The translations under genes and the position numbers were made by a program. Positions 28,712-43,710 of a DNA stretch of 64,000 nt are shown piece by piece; the first letter of the stretch is position 1, and each line of letters begins with the position of its first letter. The notes under the pieces are model-generated. The model did not search any database. It had not been told where the DNA came from and saw only the letters and a program-made list of their open reading frames with translations. The DNA lies in assembly GCF_040938485.1 (NCBI RefSeq), contig NW_027272091.1:124001-188000 (forward strand), in the 5' to 3' direction. This stretch comes from Diadema antillarum (lineage: Eukaryota).

Positions 28712-28856
28712 NNNNNNNNNNNNNNNNNNNNNNNNNNNNNNNNNNNNNNNNNNNNNNNNNNNNNNNNNNNNNNNNNNNNNNNNNNNNNNNNNNNNNNNNN
28801 NNNNNNNNNNNNNNNNNNNNNNNNNNNNNNNNNNNNNNNNNNNNNNNNNNNNNNNN
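28712..28856. other. Assembly gap (N); others at 41789-41932 and 46483-46665
   Basis: Runs of N. Confidence 1.
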
Positions 28857-29733
28857 GTGTCGGAGGAGGGTATCCTCCTCCCCAACCTATAGGGATTAGG
28901 AAGATGTTTTTTCTTTTAAAAACAAAATTTAAATTCGGCTGTCTGGTGCACACTTTTCATTAAGATATTTGGAACATTTTCAATCAAAAGGAAACCATCT
29001 CTTCATGGGATGGGTGTGTGAAGAGGGGAACCGAGCATTTGCGCTTCGACCATCCAATACGAACTGCATTCGATGAATCGGGACGTTTTGTGAAATACAT
29101 GATGGGCGAGTGGTTCTATACTGTACGGCTAATCAGCTAAACTAAGTGCTTTACGGTGCAACGCTCACCTGAGGTAAAAAAAAGAGTAAAAAATTAAAAA
29201 TAGTAATCGTTTATCTGTTTTCGATATGCATTCTTTACTGTATGTGCTGAGGTGAGTGCTGTGCTATGTTGTGCTGTGCTGTGCATGCCATAAAATACAA
29301 TTTTGTTAATTTAACGTTTGAACATATAATACATAACTGGATTTGTTTTTAGTGTATTAGTCATGTGTCATGTCTACGTCTGTTATTGTATTCTGTTTAC
29401 AATATTAATTTTAGTATGATCACAAGTAAAACATGTAATAAAAAAAAATCATGCGGCAAATTACTAAACTCCTAATGTACCGGTATAAGCTGTTTATGTG
29501 TTAACATAAACCCCCTTAATTTTCTTATCACTCACACATAATCATTATTTCGATAAAAGATTTTTTTTTTTCATAAGCGCTGTAAAAGAACATAATTTAG
29601 TGGTTGCCTTTATTTGCTCAGGGTCTAGCGTCTGGTCCATGGTGTCTAATTGACTTGTGAGTTATCCTTAGCTTGGGATTGTGAAGGTGATAATCTTTGG
29701 AATGTCGAGTTGGGTATAGTGGGGACGCTGGAG

Positions 29734-31450
29734 TTCATTTCATTTCATTTCATTTCATTTATTTCATTTCCAACAACATTTTCATACACAAAATAACACA
29801 ACATCAATACAATGTAGAGTTCACAGTGAATAGATTGTGGAACGAGAAAGGGAATGTGTTGACTGTGTATTTGTAAATGAATATCGTTTATTTTTAGAGT
29901 TTTCAATTTAGAGAATAATGGTTCAGAGTTTGCAAGATTATGTGAGTTGGTGCAAATGCGGAGTGCTCTATTTGGAGAAGGTGAACTGATTGAATTTTTG
30001 TCTTGTTAGAACATGCCCATACCATATTGCAGTATGTCAAGTATGGTAAAATCAGTGTATTATATGACATAAAAAGAGACTTTTCTATCAAAAGATCTTT
30101 CAGTTTGAACAATATACCTATATTTCTCGATATAATACTACTTATATTGTTTACATGTTCATTCCAGGTAAGATTGGCATTAATAATTTCACCAAAGAAT
30201 TTGGCAGACTTTTTCTACAAGGGGTAACCCATCAATATATAAATTACATTCAATATCAAAAAATAAACATTTTTTAAGTATATGAAATTAGTTTTTATCA
30301 ATGTTTAAAGATAATTTATTGCATTTGAACGAAGAAGAAACTTTACATCAAAATGAAGTGTGTGGAAAAGTGTCTGTGGATCTTTATGTGACTAAAATAT
30401 GCAAAAATGTAAGTTAAAATTGGTGAAACATTGGTTATATCATTAACATAATAGATATGAAATAAAAGAGGGTCTAAGATAGACCCCTGTGGTACTCCAC
30501 AATAACTATGTTATAATCTCCTGGAGGAATATGAATCAAAATCAACATATTGCTCACGGTTAGATAAATAATTGGTGAACCATAACAAGGGTATTTTACT
30601 CGAACGCCATACAGTTGCCATAATGTTTTAATTTTCGAATAAGAATTTTGTGATCAATAGTATCCTTATTAATAAACGCTTCAATTATTTTGTCACAAAG
30701 TTGAATAACGGATTTATCTGTCAGTTGTCTGTAGAGTGAGTTTGTCTAAATCCGAATTGATTCGAAATAAGAATTTCATTTTCATTAAAAAATAATCTTT
30801 TATAAACAATTATCTCCAGAATTTTAGATATAGTGGGGAGAAGGGATATTGGACGATAATTTTTTAGTTAGTGTTTGATCATCCTTTTTATGGATGGGAA
30901 CCACTTTTACGATTTTCAGTGACTTCGAGCAGCGGCCTGAATTGAGGGATATGTTGAATATGTCTACTAGTGGGGGTGCAATGAAATGAATAATCTGTTT
31001 AAGGAGACAAACACTTAAACCATCGTAACCCGAAGACTTGCTGGATTTGAGATCTTTTACGATGGTAACTATATCATGGTATGAAGTTGGTGAGAAAAAA
31101 AGAGAGAAATGTCAGGTGATTCAGAAAAATACTGCAAAAACATTACTATCAGTTACATGGAAGATGCTAAATTTGATCTTTATATATTGATAAAATACTC
31201 ATTAAAAGAACTGACAATAACATTTGGGTCCGTAATTTCCTATTTTCAATAATTTTAGAACAGGTGTTTGTTTTTTTTTATTTCCCAAGAGATTCTTAAT
31301 CACCTTCCAATTTGAGGTTGTATTGGATCATCTAGATTCAATATTTTTTTGAATAATAAATTTAAAATGTTTGAATGTAGTCATTGTACTTCGTGTGGTT
31401 TATGATAAACTGAAAAGAAATTTAATTTGTGGTAAACAGAATCACCAGAA
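29734..31450 (-). mobile_element. Decayed CR1/L2-type LINE ORF2 with (tgaaa)n 3' tail
   Basis: Minus-strand motifs NYRPISLLPTISKILE (about 30870-30810) and GVPQGSILDPL (about 30500-30470). The tail resembles that of the LINE at 1-1666. Confidence 0.8.
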
Positions 31451-33479
31451 AATGATGAACATTCCTCGTTGGAATATACAGTAACTTCCTCATGTCTCAC
31501 CATCGTGTTATCCATCTTAAAATGACAATCAAACTATAAACTTCTGTGGGGCTACTGACAGTGCTTACAACAGTATAACCACGAGTGATGTTTGTCAGGG
31601 ATTCTTCTTTAAAATGAATGAAAAAACGACAGAGATTAAACATCAAATCCAGGTAGGGAATAGTTTGGGTGAAAATCCACTTATATCCTGTTGATAATTC
31701 ATTGACTGTATTACTCTAGAGCTCTCTTACTTTCAGTAGGGATGTACTTGTAACTTAAAAACAAACAGGAGCCTTAGACTCCTTAGCTATTGCCCAGAGC
31801 CAAAGGGAATATGAAGCGACTCCTCCTGCCTCTGCTGTCCATAATAAATTATTATGATTTTTTTGCAGAATTATTTTTCCCAACATGAATGGCAGCATAT
31901 ATTGCAATTATCAACGGAAATTTGAAGGCTGGCGGCTTGATTCTTGCACTTGGAGTTATTCTCCTGCGTAATCATTATTCATATCATTGTCGGTAACTAC
32001 AATTTTGAATTCTGAGAGCTTTCCATGAAGCGTTTTATCACAATGACATAATTATGTTTTGTCTGACAAATTGCTATAAGCTACTGAAATACATGTGATC
32101 GGTTGAAAGCACATTGATATCCAACAAATCTGTCGTAAGATTCTCAGTTTACTTGTTTGGAAAAGCTGTACCTCTGAAAGAGGAGACCTATATCTGTCAG
32201 ATGTACCGAAGGTACTAACAGAAAATAAAAACTGAACGAAATGATTTACATTACACTCCAATGCCGGTTCTGGGCAATCGTTATGATACACTTGCAAGAT
32301 CTATCGCTGTGATCCAACAAATGTAAGCTAGTTCATCATTTCAATGTGCGCATGTGCAGCTAAAGGTCACTGCGGACCTTCTCTTGAAGCCAACTTGTAA
32401 ATGATGTGTTTGTAAAACTTGATAGGTCTTCATGACATCTATGTTCTGATTATGCATGTTGGAACTAGGTTCATTATCGGAATACGCACGTGTAAAACAT
32501 AAGGCATCCATACAGCATTTAAATGTCAATCGCCTCTTTTTCTACTTTTGCAGTGTTCAACCGTTCTTCTAATTCAAAAGGGCAAATTTATGCTTTCAAA
32601 AGTCTGTGGCTTAAAGGTTACTGCAGACCATTGCTAACTGTGAATTGGCTTGTTGGTGTGAAAAAGTCCCTGAGAATGAAAAGTCCGCAGATTTATGGAA
32701 CTAAGATTCAATAACCATGTAAAGCCTGCAAATGGGGATGACGTGGATTTTCAATATTTATATTTATAATATTATTTTTCCCGACCTGCGTATCTCAAAA
32801 TAATTACACGTATATCTCTACAAATGACTTAAATAATCTATATTAAATATGATAGTTATAAAAAACCTTGAATAATATATTGTTTACTCATTATTATTTT
32901 ATCGAGCGATCCACGTCTCACAAGCTTTGCTTTTTAATGGATCACTATTTTCCATAATTGAATTTATTTTCCGCACGCCCATGAAGCATATATGCATTGT
33001 TCCTCCTAATTATTGTATATATATATATATATATATATACATATGTTGTTATATAATTCAACTCGTATACTACATGAATCTTTTGCAAATGTTTGAACAA
33101 TATCATTTCATGACATGTATACTTTGTACTATGTTTTGATTTTCGTTGATTGGAAATAAACTATGACTGAATTGAATTAATTTAATTGAATTAATAGGCG
33201 GTGCAAAAACATCCCGTAGACAGTGAGTGTATCTGTCGTGCTCCCCAGAAAGCAGATTTAATCTCTCACAGACAAAGTGGATTTTAAGTTTTCTGAATTT
33301 AAAAGGCATTACTTCCAAAGGAATAAATGTAACGTATACCACGCAGAATAAATGTGAAAACGTCTTTCAAAATCATACTTTTGTATGTAACAAGGGAAAA
33401 TGATTACATAAGATTATCCGTTACAAAATCGAAGCAATTCACAACATTTTATGTGAGTGTTAAAAAGGAAATTAGGAAG

Positions 33480-34020
33480 TATTATCATTTTGGGAAGACA
33501 AATTTGATCTAGATACTCTTTTTGATTGGAATGCTTTAAAACAAGATAAAAAAACAAATTAAAGCAATCTCGTTTCAAAACACTACATAATTTTATCCTT
33601 TATAGATATAGTGTATCTACAAATTGAAAATTAAACTTCAACTTTCAACTTTGAAAATTATGTACAATGCATTAACAGAACATATTTGTAATAATTTCCA
33701 AAAGTAAATTAACAAAATACATTGTACAATGATACTGTATACAGTACATATTGTTCGGAAACAGAATCTTTTTCTCATGCTCTTTTGGATTGTCCAGAAG
33801 TGTCTTTGTTTTGAAAAATCATATCACATCATTGCATTCAGTTTGCATTAAGTGAAACACTTTTCCGAAACGAGAGGCTCTTGATTATCGCAGTTTAGAC
33901 TCAAATTGTCCAAATGCGACGAATATAAAGAAAATTTTGATTTACGTCGAATATGCAATTTATATTGACAGTAATGGTAAGCATAATATGATAATAGCTT
34001 CAAAATATGCAATGGCTTTA
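33480..34020 (+). mobile_element. Possible L1/Tx1-type LINE 3' remnant
   Basis: YC.ETESFSHALLDCPEV at about 33745-33800 resembles the C-terminal CCHC knuckle; heavily decayed. Confidence 0.35.
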
Positions 34021-34632
34021 GAAATAACTTGTATTAGATAATGCTTCAGAGATTATATCAAACACATTATCGCTGTTCAACCAATTGTGTATTGTTCTGT
34101 GTTTGTATGTGTTTAAATATGTATTCAATTTGTTTATGAATTTGGTTTAATGTATTTGTGGAAACTGATGTAATAAGTACCTCATCAAGGAAAAAATATA
34201 TTCCGTTATCAGGCGTAATGATAGGGGCAAGTGAACGTATGTGTAGTTGAGCGTACATCCCCGGCGTATTATGGATTTGGGAGTGGCAAAAAGCAAACTT
34301 GTTTAATGACATGTATGCAACCTACATGCCTATTGATGAAAACAAATATTATTATATACAGTATAATGTAAGGTTAACCTATATGTACAGACTATAGAAG
34401 CAATCTTCAAACTTCAGTTCTGAGTGTTGTCCTTATACATTATTCATAAATGCGGCTCGTCAACGAAGAATGGTCATCAAGACTCTTTTTGATCGATGTA
34501 TACCATCGCAGAAAAAAAAAGAATCTGCATTTTTCTGACAGTATTAACCCTGCACACATCTTGGAATGGCATCTATTGATCTACAATGATACCAAACTTG
34601 AACGAATTGACATGAAACTAAAGAGAATATTT

Positions 34633-37488
34633 CTAAGCTTTGGTGATGATGAGGTTTTCCCACAGTCTCTCGACGAGGGCGTGTTCGTCGACATTCTCCT
34701 TGTCGCAGCTACCACCACTGGGAGGACGGGACTCAACGTCTGTCATCGCCTCCCGGTACTCCCTCACCCGCTCTTTGTACTTGGTCAACACGGCATCCTG
34801 CATGTCTTTGGTGGCGGTCTCTCGAAAATGGCAGAAGTGGGTCAGAAAATCAAGCAGCAGATTACCCTCCGTCGAGCCCTCGTCGAAAATGCTGGTGATG
34901 TCGAGGATGATTCGCTGCTCAGAGATGGTGTACGGGATATTGAGTTCACTCAGAATTTGCTTTGCATCTGCAGCGTTGTAGTGGTCTTCTTTCCGAAATC
35001 CGTGCATACTTCTTTTTGATGTATCTGGTAAAAAAAAAATGTCCCCACCAAGACAGATTGAGTGAGTACCAGACTTAACAAAAGGAGAAGTTATTGAAGT
35101 TCTACATGACATTTTACCAGAGACTCCAACCCAAAGTACCTTCTGATCTGGAGATTCTCCCGCCTGAAACCCCTAGCAAACGGGAGACTCAAAGTTGATG
35201 TGTGCGAAGCGCGAAATTCCAGGGTTCTAGATGCTCTCTGGTGCTATCTAAGGCTTATTTTTTCAACATACGATAGAAATATGTAAGACATCCTTTCCAA
35301 CGGGAGACATTGAGCCAGGGCGGGAGAAATTAAATCTCAAACGGGAGAACGGGAGATTTTGCAAAAATGGGTTTTCGGCGGGAGATCTCCCGTCGAAAAC
35401 GGGAAAGTTGGAGTCTCTGTTTTACGAGTTTTACAAGTAACAACAGCACGATGTCCGTATAAACGATAAAAAAAGGACCAAAATTTTCACACAAAATTCA
35501 AGTTGCGAGGTTTTCAATAATTCTTTTGTGCAAACCTTCCATTATACGCATCTGCATTAGGAAATGAATTTGAAATAATGTCTTAAAAGAACATTTCATT
35601 AGGAAATGAAAAGAACTTATCCCATATGGACATTCCTACCCCCCCCCCATTCCGCAGCACTACTTTAGTTCCGTTAGCACCCCTTTCAAGCCCTGTTTGA
35701 CCATAGAGAGGAGAATTCAAATAAGTCCAGAATGTCCATACAGACACAAGGTAAAGGAACCTTTAATCAATATGCTCTGGTTTGTAATACCGTATAATCT
35801 AATATTCAGTAATAGTTTTCGCGGTGTGCTGATGACATACGCACGTCCAGTCTTGGTCAGAGGGGGTGTTATTCTCGGCACGCGCTGCGGACAAACCCCT
35901 GTAACGCATTTGAAGTTTCTATGTGGCACTATTATGACACAAGAAAGGAAGTGTAAACTATTATGGCAGATAGTGAACCTAAAAAAACACATCGTTTCAA
36001 TATGCAACATAAATTCATGAGACGTCACGAGCTATTCATACCATTTGTGTCCATGTGTTTTAATGCACCCGTGACAAGTTAATCGAATCATACATGAAAT
36101 CAACATGCCTCTCTTAAAGGTTATTAGAAGAATCCCTCCTGGTGCCAGGCTATCGTACAGAAACTGCAATGCTCCACGGAGGTCATCCACGTAATACAGG
36201 CTGTGTACGGCAGAGATAAAGTCGAATTGCTGCGGCGACCCTTCGGCGCTCCGACCGGACTTCTTGGCCATGTACTCCTGTAACGTCTCGTTACGCCACT
36301 CGAAGTTAGCAGCTCCAAGAATTGACCTCGTGCCACTCGACGATTCCTTGGGGACGGCCGACTGGAAGTGCTCAAGGAAGACCCGTGCTGGTTCCACGAC
36401 CACGTGGTTGAAGCGGGTAAAGCGCTGAGAGAGCATGCGTAGTAAAAGGATGTCGTAATCACCTGCCAGTGAAGAAGATCAAAGAAAATTATGCCGTTCA
36501 GTGATTTGCCTTTATGAGCTTTATGAGTTTTGGAACTACGTTGGGGTTGCGGAGCGTTTATCAAATTGGGGTAGAGGCTGACTACCAACCATTTTCAATA
36601 CCATAAGAAAGAAAAAAAATCAATTGTTACCCCGCACTCTTAAGTATAAGTCCAGTGTACCGAGATTGTAGTTTGATTATTCAATGAAAATTTCAATCAA
36701 CTTAGGAATAACTTCAAAAATCCTTTGAATTCACTTGAATATAGGAAACACACCACTTTTACGAGAGCAGGACTGCAACTCTGCTTAAAGAGTTCTTAGG
36801 GATGGACCCTGGAGGTGAACAAAACACACCTTTTTTCTTTTGCATAGACAGAACAAAACTGTAGCATTTCAAAAGGTAGAATGCCGAAATTGTAAAACAT
36901 ATGATGTTCTCTCCACCAGTGGACACATCTAAAGATGACATTAATGATTATCGATCATTAGTTCTGCTTTTCATCGCATAGAATGTGACGAGAACAAAAT
37001 GCTGAGATATATATTCATTATATTTACTGGATAACTATTAAACTTGATGAAATCATTGATGTTACTATAAGTCTGTGTTAGCTGGCGTTAATTCTAAGGA
37101 ATTGTGTAAACATCGACATTCTATCACGGTTAAAATCGCAACAATAATAATTTCTCTATTTCTTTTAAAATCTTGCCTACGCATTATTCATTTCCTAAAG
37201 GAAGATTAAAAATGCTGTTGACAGCAAAATAAAATAAAAAGAATGACAAGAAATTTTGAGAGAATGGTCTACTAATATTTCGTCACAGTTTTCTCCTAAT
37301 TCTACGGTTGACTGGTTTAATTTCAAACCGAATTGACTGAAAACGAAAGGAAATGCAAGTATCTATTCCTTGTTCATTGGTTAGGCTTATAAGTGTGTTT
37401 ACGAAAGCACGGTAATACAGAACAAGGATCATCTTCCATTTAGCCAAGTTAAACAAAAACTAACACAGTGTTACACACAGACACACTC

Positions 37489-37537
<49 letters not shown>

Positions 37538-38452
37538 CATGAATACAAATGTTCATAGTTACATTATAATTGTCATAAAGTTACTTAATACACGCAAGGA
37601 AAGTGTTCGAAGAGGTATTACTATAAATGTACATAATGTGGATATAGATGTGATGATGCTATTGAATATATTTGCAGATTTTCATGGTCCTAGATATCTT
37701 TTGTTATCATTAACTGATAAATACAGACAAAATAGAATACTTCACATGCTGGACACGAAATAGATAATGAAGATAACATTTTTTATCATTCACTATTACC
37801 GAATACTAGTAGAAATTATTGCTATATCATGACGTCATGGCTTTGATTGTCATATCGTATACATTCAACCTACAGGCCTCTACCCTTTCGTGTAGCTGTT
37901 TGTGTGGAACGTTTACTAGCCGTTTAAACTTACTGTCTTTGTTTCACTCAATTTACTGTGTGTGTATTGATTGTTTTTCAGTTACTTGTCTGTTTGTTGT
38001 AATGTGAATTTACTCTCTGTATGGACAAATGGACGAACATCATTGTCATGTTGACAAAACTGAATAATGGCAATCCATTCATTCTATTGATTTATACGGA
38101 AAATACATGCCACTTATTACTGCTATACTACTACTATTACTACTACTACACTATTACTACTACTTCTACTACTACAAGCGCCACGCCAAGGAAAATTGGA
38201 ACTCTTCTCCTTTAAGTTATGTGGTAAAAGCGACAGCATGAACAGTTTGAGACACTCACCTGACCCGCTCCCAACCCCTAGAGACCGAAGGGTGTGGTCC
38301 GAGGGGCGGTTCTCTCCCAACTTGTGAACGACAAGCGCCGGAAAGTTTTCCTCGGCCCATTTCCGGTCGCTGGCGTACTTGCCACTCTTCTCCACAAACA
38401 CATCGTATGTCTTGCTGTAATGAGCCAGATCAGTTGTTAACATGTTCATCAT
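34633..38452 (-). CDS. HNMT: HNMT-like class I SAM-dependent methyltransferase copy c, apparently intact (312 aa); exons 38452-38260, 36462-36109, 35024-34633
   Basis: Open frame across three exons (193+354+392 nt). Motif I GVGSGSG, VVEP, FDFISAVHSLYYV and LLLDFLTH align with human HNMT SIGGGAG, VVEP, WDFIHMIQMLYYV and LLWDFLTE. The intron 2 donor is either GC (AGAG|GCATGT) or an in-frame GT 15 nt further on (36093-36092). Confidence 0.88.
35118..35419. mobile_element. hAT-like MITE in HNMT-c intron 2
   Basis: 13-bp perfect TIR cagagactccaac / gttggagtctctg, flanking direct repeat ttttac and internal cgggaga subrepeats. Confidence 0.75.
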
Positions 38453-38636
38453 GCAGTCAGATTATAGTGAGCATTTCACGAGGCACACAATACGGGAAGG
38501 CATGTCGGCCCCTACTATATTTGCACTAAATTATAACAACATTGTTGAACCATGCAAATACTCTATTGTTATGCAGTGGACCATCGGGGATATTTACTAC
38601 GGGTGACTGGCCATATGTGTATTGTATATACATTGG

Positions 38637-39085
38637 ACAAAACATGGAATTCTTGTCATTTTTTGCTTATTAAATCTTACAATTCTAATCAAGATATATA
38701 AGTGACGGCCTTATAGATAACGACTTATACCAACAAACTGAGGAGTTGAAAAAATATTCCAAATTAGTACGCACGAGTGAGCCGAAATTCGTATATTTCC
38801 GCGCCATCATCACGTTTTGTTCTTATCTTCTTTTTTTGATAAATTTTGGCGAGCGAGCGCAGCGAGCGAGCCGAAAATTTTTGTATTTCAGCTTACAAAA
38901 CATGGAATTCTTGCCATTTTTTGCTTATTAGATCTTACAATTCTAATCAAGATATAGTGACGGCCTTATAGACAACGATTTATACCAACAAACTGAGGAC
39001 TTGATAAAAAATACTCTAAATTATTACGCGCGAGTGAGCCGAAATTTGTATATTTCCGCGTCATCATTACGTTTGTTCTTATCTT
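38637..39085. repeat. Tandem duplication with a period of about 259 bp just upstream of HNMT-c
   Basis: caaaacatggaattcttg...gttcttatctt is present at about 38637 and 38896. Confidence 0.85.
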
Positions 39086-39465
39086 GTTTGATTTTTTTTG
39101 CGCCCCCCCCCGTAATGTTCGACACCTTTTGTGCCCTAATCCACAGCTCATCACGTCGTCGTAGTAACAAACAGACTTACTGAGTATTTAAATCAAACAG
39201 GCCGATGGCAATTTGTTGTTCAAGTCGATCAACCGACCCGCTGGTTGACACGGTCAAACAAGGTCCGCGAACTATAGTATACCATATAATTGCAGCCGAG
39301 AACTGGGACGCAAATCTATGAGAGTAAAAGCCACCAATTGTCGTCGCTGATTGCATAGTATGTTACACCTCCTTTAGAGTTTCTATAGCATAATATCAGA
39401 GATAGACGTGAAGGGAGCGGAAACCGAGGCGGTCAGCGCGCATAATGGCGTTTTTTTCTCTCATT

Positions 39466-39812
39466 ATGGCTAGTAACTGATCAGTGGGAATCAGTGGGAA
39501 TGCTGGAGGATGATTGTTCCAATCCTTGTGGGATTCATTTAAGAGTACATTATATATCTATTGTTGTGTGAAAATTATTTGCTTCAGAATGATCTCATAT
39601 TCAAGTAATGTGCAGTTTAATGTTTCCAGGTTAGCGTGCCTGGTCAGTGACGGGGCATTAATCTGCACATTACTTGAATATGAGACTGTTCTGAAGCAAA
39701 TAATTTTCACACAACAGTAGATATATAATGTACTCTTAAATGAATCCCACAAGGATTGGAACAATCATACCTCAGCATTCCCACTGATTCCCACTGATCG
39801 GTTACTAGCCAT
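39466..39812. repeat. Near-perfect foldback palindrome of about 345 bp (probable MITE)
   Basis: Arms of about 156 bp (atggctagtaac...gtttaatg / cattaatc...ttactagccat) with a loop of about 33 nt. The ORF track shows mirror ORFs here. Confidence 0.92.
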
Positions 39813-40312
39813 CCCCTTTAAGTTTGTTTGTAAGGCCTACTCGATTTTGAAATAGGAATTTTGAATGATATATTATTTCAATCACCTGCAGCATATGTTC
39901 TTCTAAATAGTGTAGATAAACTTGGGTGTAACTAATTTTGGCATTTGTTATACCCTTTACAAGCTCCGCTTTTTAGTAGATCACTGCTTTCCATCGATTT
40001 ACTTACTTTTGTAGTACCACTGCAAGCATGCATTGTTTATATTCATCCCTCATAATACACTTTATGATCTGCTGTGCTTACAAATCGAACAGTTTATGAT
40101 TTGTATACTTTGTAAAAGTATCAGTCTAACTGCATGGACGATGAATGTAGCGGCCAGTTTCCCTAATATTTCTTCTACTCGTCTTTCCAATGAAAAACTT
40201 TTTATAGCATTCTTCTATCCACGTAAGAGAGTGTATTTCAAGCGTCCGTAATAACATGAATGTCTCGTCTGCATATCATTTGTAAGTATAAAGTGTAATT
40301 TGATTGACCATT

Positions 40313-40837
40313 CACTGTAAAAACATCGGTTGTAGATTAAACACCACGGGTGTTAAATCTAACACCGATCAAACTTCAATAGAGGACCACACCCACAGGT
40401 GTTAAAAATGCACTGTGATGGTGTTGAAAAGTGTTCACCTGACACTTCGTGGTGTTAATTTGACACTATACCTGGTGTTATTTTGACACTGTACTGGTGT
40501 TAATTCAAAAATGACACCACATGGTGTTGATTTGATATTTGTTGGTGTTAATATCAATGGTTTAACACCCGTCCAGCTTCAATAAGAGACCACACCAGCT
40601 GGTTTTACTTTGGTGTAAATTCATTTTCTATTCAATATCTAGTATTTTAATCTAAAATTCTTGATCGTCTTGTTTAAATCAAAAATCAACAAGAAGTGCA
40701 GTTACTAAGAAACTCTTCAAAAAACAGTTTAAAATTTGGAAATGACACCCGGAGGTGTTAATTTAACACCATAAATGAGCACCGAAAATTTAACACCAGC
40801 TCGGTGTTCACTATCTAACACCGGACTTTTTGCAGTG
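40313..40837. mobile_element. CACTA/EnSpm-like non-autonomous element
   Basis: Termini cactgtaaaaa...tttttgcagtg, 2-bp tt flanks and many aacacc/ggtgtt subterminal repeats. Confidence 0.75.
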
Positions 40838-42532
40838 TTTGACCTTTGGTCTGGTCAGACTTCACCGATATTCGAACTCGCCGACCGGTATCTTTGAGGG
40901 CTTACTTGTGGTATGAGTTTCCCGGTCGTGGCTCAATGTGGAAGGTTATTGAGAGTACACCACAATACTGTGAGTATAGTGGTTATCGGAGAATGTTTCT
41001 TGACCTTTTTACCATGACCTCGTCAGAATTCACCCATATTCGAACTTGATCAGCATTCTAATATGTTCTTGTTGGTGCTTGTGAGTTTGGTGATATCAGC
41101 TCGAACGTGTTGAGTTATGGAGCATATGACCTTGACCTTTGACCCTGTCGGACTGAACCCACATCTGAACTTGACCGGCATTTTTAGGTTTAATGTACCT
41201 GCGTGGTGGACAATCGGTGATCATACCTAAAAGCTGTGGAAGGTTAATGAGGGTATACATCAAGTTTTATAGTCGCCGCCATCGACGACGATGACGACAA
41301 CGGAAAAGTGACGCATATGTCTCTATCCTGCGACGCAGGTGACACAACAATAAGTCATACTTTCTCTTCCGACCATGCTATCGGTATAACGCTGCATAAA
41401 TAGCCTACTGCATGCTTTATACGCAGACGCCGAACTTTCACAATGTTACCTCTCCTCTTCGCGTGTGACTAACATATTAGGCCTATATTGTTTGTGTGTA
41501 ATGTAAGAAAGATGTACGCCACGATTTCTTCTTTTTCTTCTTCTTCTTCTTCTTTCCTGGAATCATGAGTTGGGAAGTTAAGCGTTCTCATCCGTTTTTC
41601 AATCTCGTCATGGAGAAAGGAAATCGGGGAAATAATGACCTAAAAAAATAAACCACAGTAAAATCGTTTCGTACGAAATCTTTTTATGAGCTTATGAAAT
41701 TAGCTTGCTTTATTGAGTATCGAGTGATAGACATGCGCGTTAAACAATCCGTACCATGAAAATCTCCCCGCGATAATAAAGCTCACTGNNNNNNNNNNNN
41801 NNNNNNNNNNNNNNNNNNNNNNNNNNNNNNNNNNNNNNNNNNNNNNNNNNNNNNNNNNNNNNNNNNNNNNNNNNNNNNNNNNNNNNNNNNNNNNNNNNNN
41901 NNNNNNNNNNNNNNNNNNNNNNNNNNNNNNNNGTATTCTTTATTATGCAATATTAGTTAATGCAACATCACTAATAACTCCTCATTAATAACTCCTATAA
42001 TATAGACTGCCCCTTGGAATAAGCAGGAGGCTATAACAAAATAATATAATATGAATGTATGTTTGAATAATACATTGTTTGTGCTTCTTCTTTATAACTA
42101 TATCTGTAAGTTGTTTTTTATTTTACTCAATTGTGTTTCGTATGTGATGCAGGGCCCCTTGCCCCTGCTATACCCTGCTAAAAGAAAACGGAATAGATAA
42201 ATAAATAGATTACAGATACATTAAGGACAGATCAAGACTACATACACGAGTAAAGTAAAACCTGTTGCATGCGATTCCAAAGCACTCATTTCTATTTCTA
42301 TATACAAAATTTTCTCTCATCTTCTTATTTACTTCTTCCCTCTCTCTCTCTTACTATCTCACCCTCTTTCACGTTCCCGCCATTTCAATCTTCGTCACGG
42401 TACTTTTATTTTGTTACTTGGTCATAACTTTGCCGGAAAAATCAAACGCAAGTCCCCTGAAGCGCACGAAGTTTGCGTTAGAATTGATCCCGTATACGCA
42501 ATATACACTGTATCAAGCGCTATTTTGAAAAT

Positions 42533-42567
<35 letters not shown>

Positions 42568-42634
42568 AAAGGTGTGATCCTGATCAAACTAAAGTTGTGT
42601 TTGATTCAAAATAGTGTAAAAACTGCCGACATTG

Positions 42635-42675
<41 letters not shown>

Positions 42676-43540
42676 AAACGCATAAATAGTCAAGGTTCAG
42701 CAAAACTCTGTTGAAATGCATTGAATACTTAAAGAATTACAATGAACCGTGAGAGTAGAGCAGTGACAAAAATCGCTTGAATTTGAACGCCTTGTCATTA
42801 ATTCGAATGCAAATCTGATGAAATTGGGCGGGAAAACCTATATATTAAAGACGGTATTTTCTGCGAATGGCTGTGTATAGTTGTAGTGGAATTAAGGAGT
42901 TGGCACAATGGTCTTTACACCACCTTGAGTTTTGTTTATTTAAAATCATAATTTGTATAAAACAGAGATAGGCACACATGAATACACTTGTATTTCAAAA
43001 TCCATAATAATTAAAAATGTATTCTCAGCTTATTCGTGCATACTGTAACAGCCTTGAAGAGAGGCCAGTTTGTCCTCAGCTGCATTTTTGACCACATGTA
43101 CTTTAAAATCCTACAAAAGGGAAAATTTGCAAAGAAAACAAAGAAAATAACGAAATAGTTCAAACATTATTGATTTAAAACAACCTGTAACGATAGATAA
43201 CGTTTCTGGCCGACATTTCTTGAAAGACCACGCAGGCGTCCACAAGGGCGCGGACAAGTCTCGGACAGCAAATTTAGTAATTTCGCATTTATTCGGCAAC
43301 CTCCCCGCACGTTCTTGAAAGAGTCCGTTCACTGTCCTGAACATGAAAAATTAGCGCTACCAAATTTTGATTGAGACCAAAATTTGAGCGCGGAAATGAA
43401 CTTCCTGACACTTTCGGCAACTTGTTGGGAGGACGTCGTCAGGACATCCCGCTTTTCCGTAACCCTTCCGCCCCTTCCGCAAACGCGCCTAAAAGAATAA
43501 TGCGGTGCCTGGCAGCTTCGCGATGAAAGCGGAAGACACC

Positions 43541-43710
43541 CGGGGTGTTTCATAAAGCTGTTCGTAAAGTTACGAACGACTTACGAGCGACTGGTGATCA
43601 GTTCTTGTGCTGAATTATTGAAATTCTGATAAGTATAGCACTTCAGAACTAATCACCAGTCGCTCGTAAGTTGTTCGTAACTTTACGAACAGCTTTATGA
43701 AACAGGGCCC
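43541..43710. mobile_element. Palindromic MITE of about 170 bp
   Basis: tgtttcataaagctgttcgtaaagttacgaac...gttcgtaactttacgaacagctttatgaaaca inverted arms. Confidence 0.85.

Noticed and set aside
39514-39764. Two near-identical ORFs (MFQSLWDSFK...) on opposite strands
   Set aside because: An artefact of the DNA palindrome; no coding signature.
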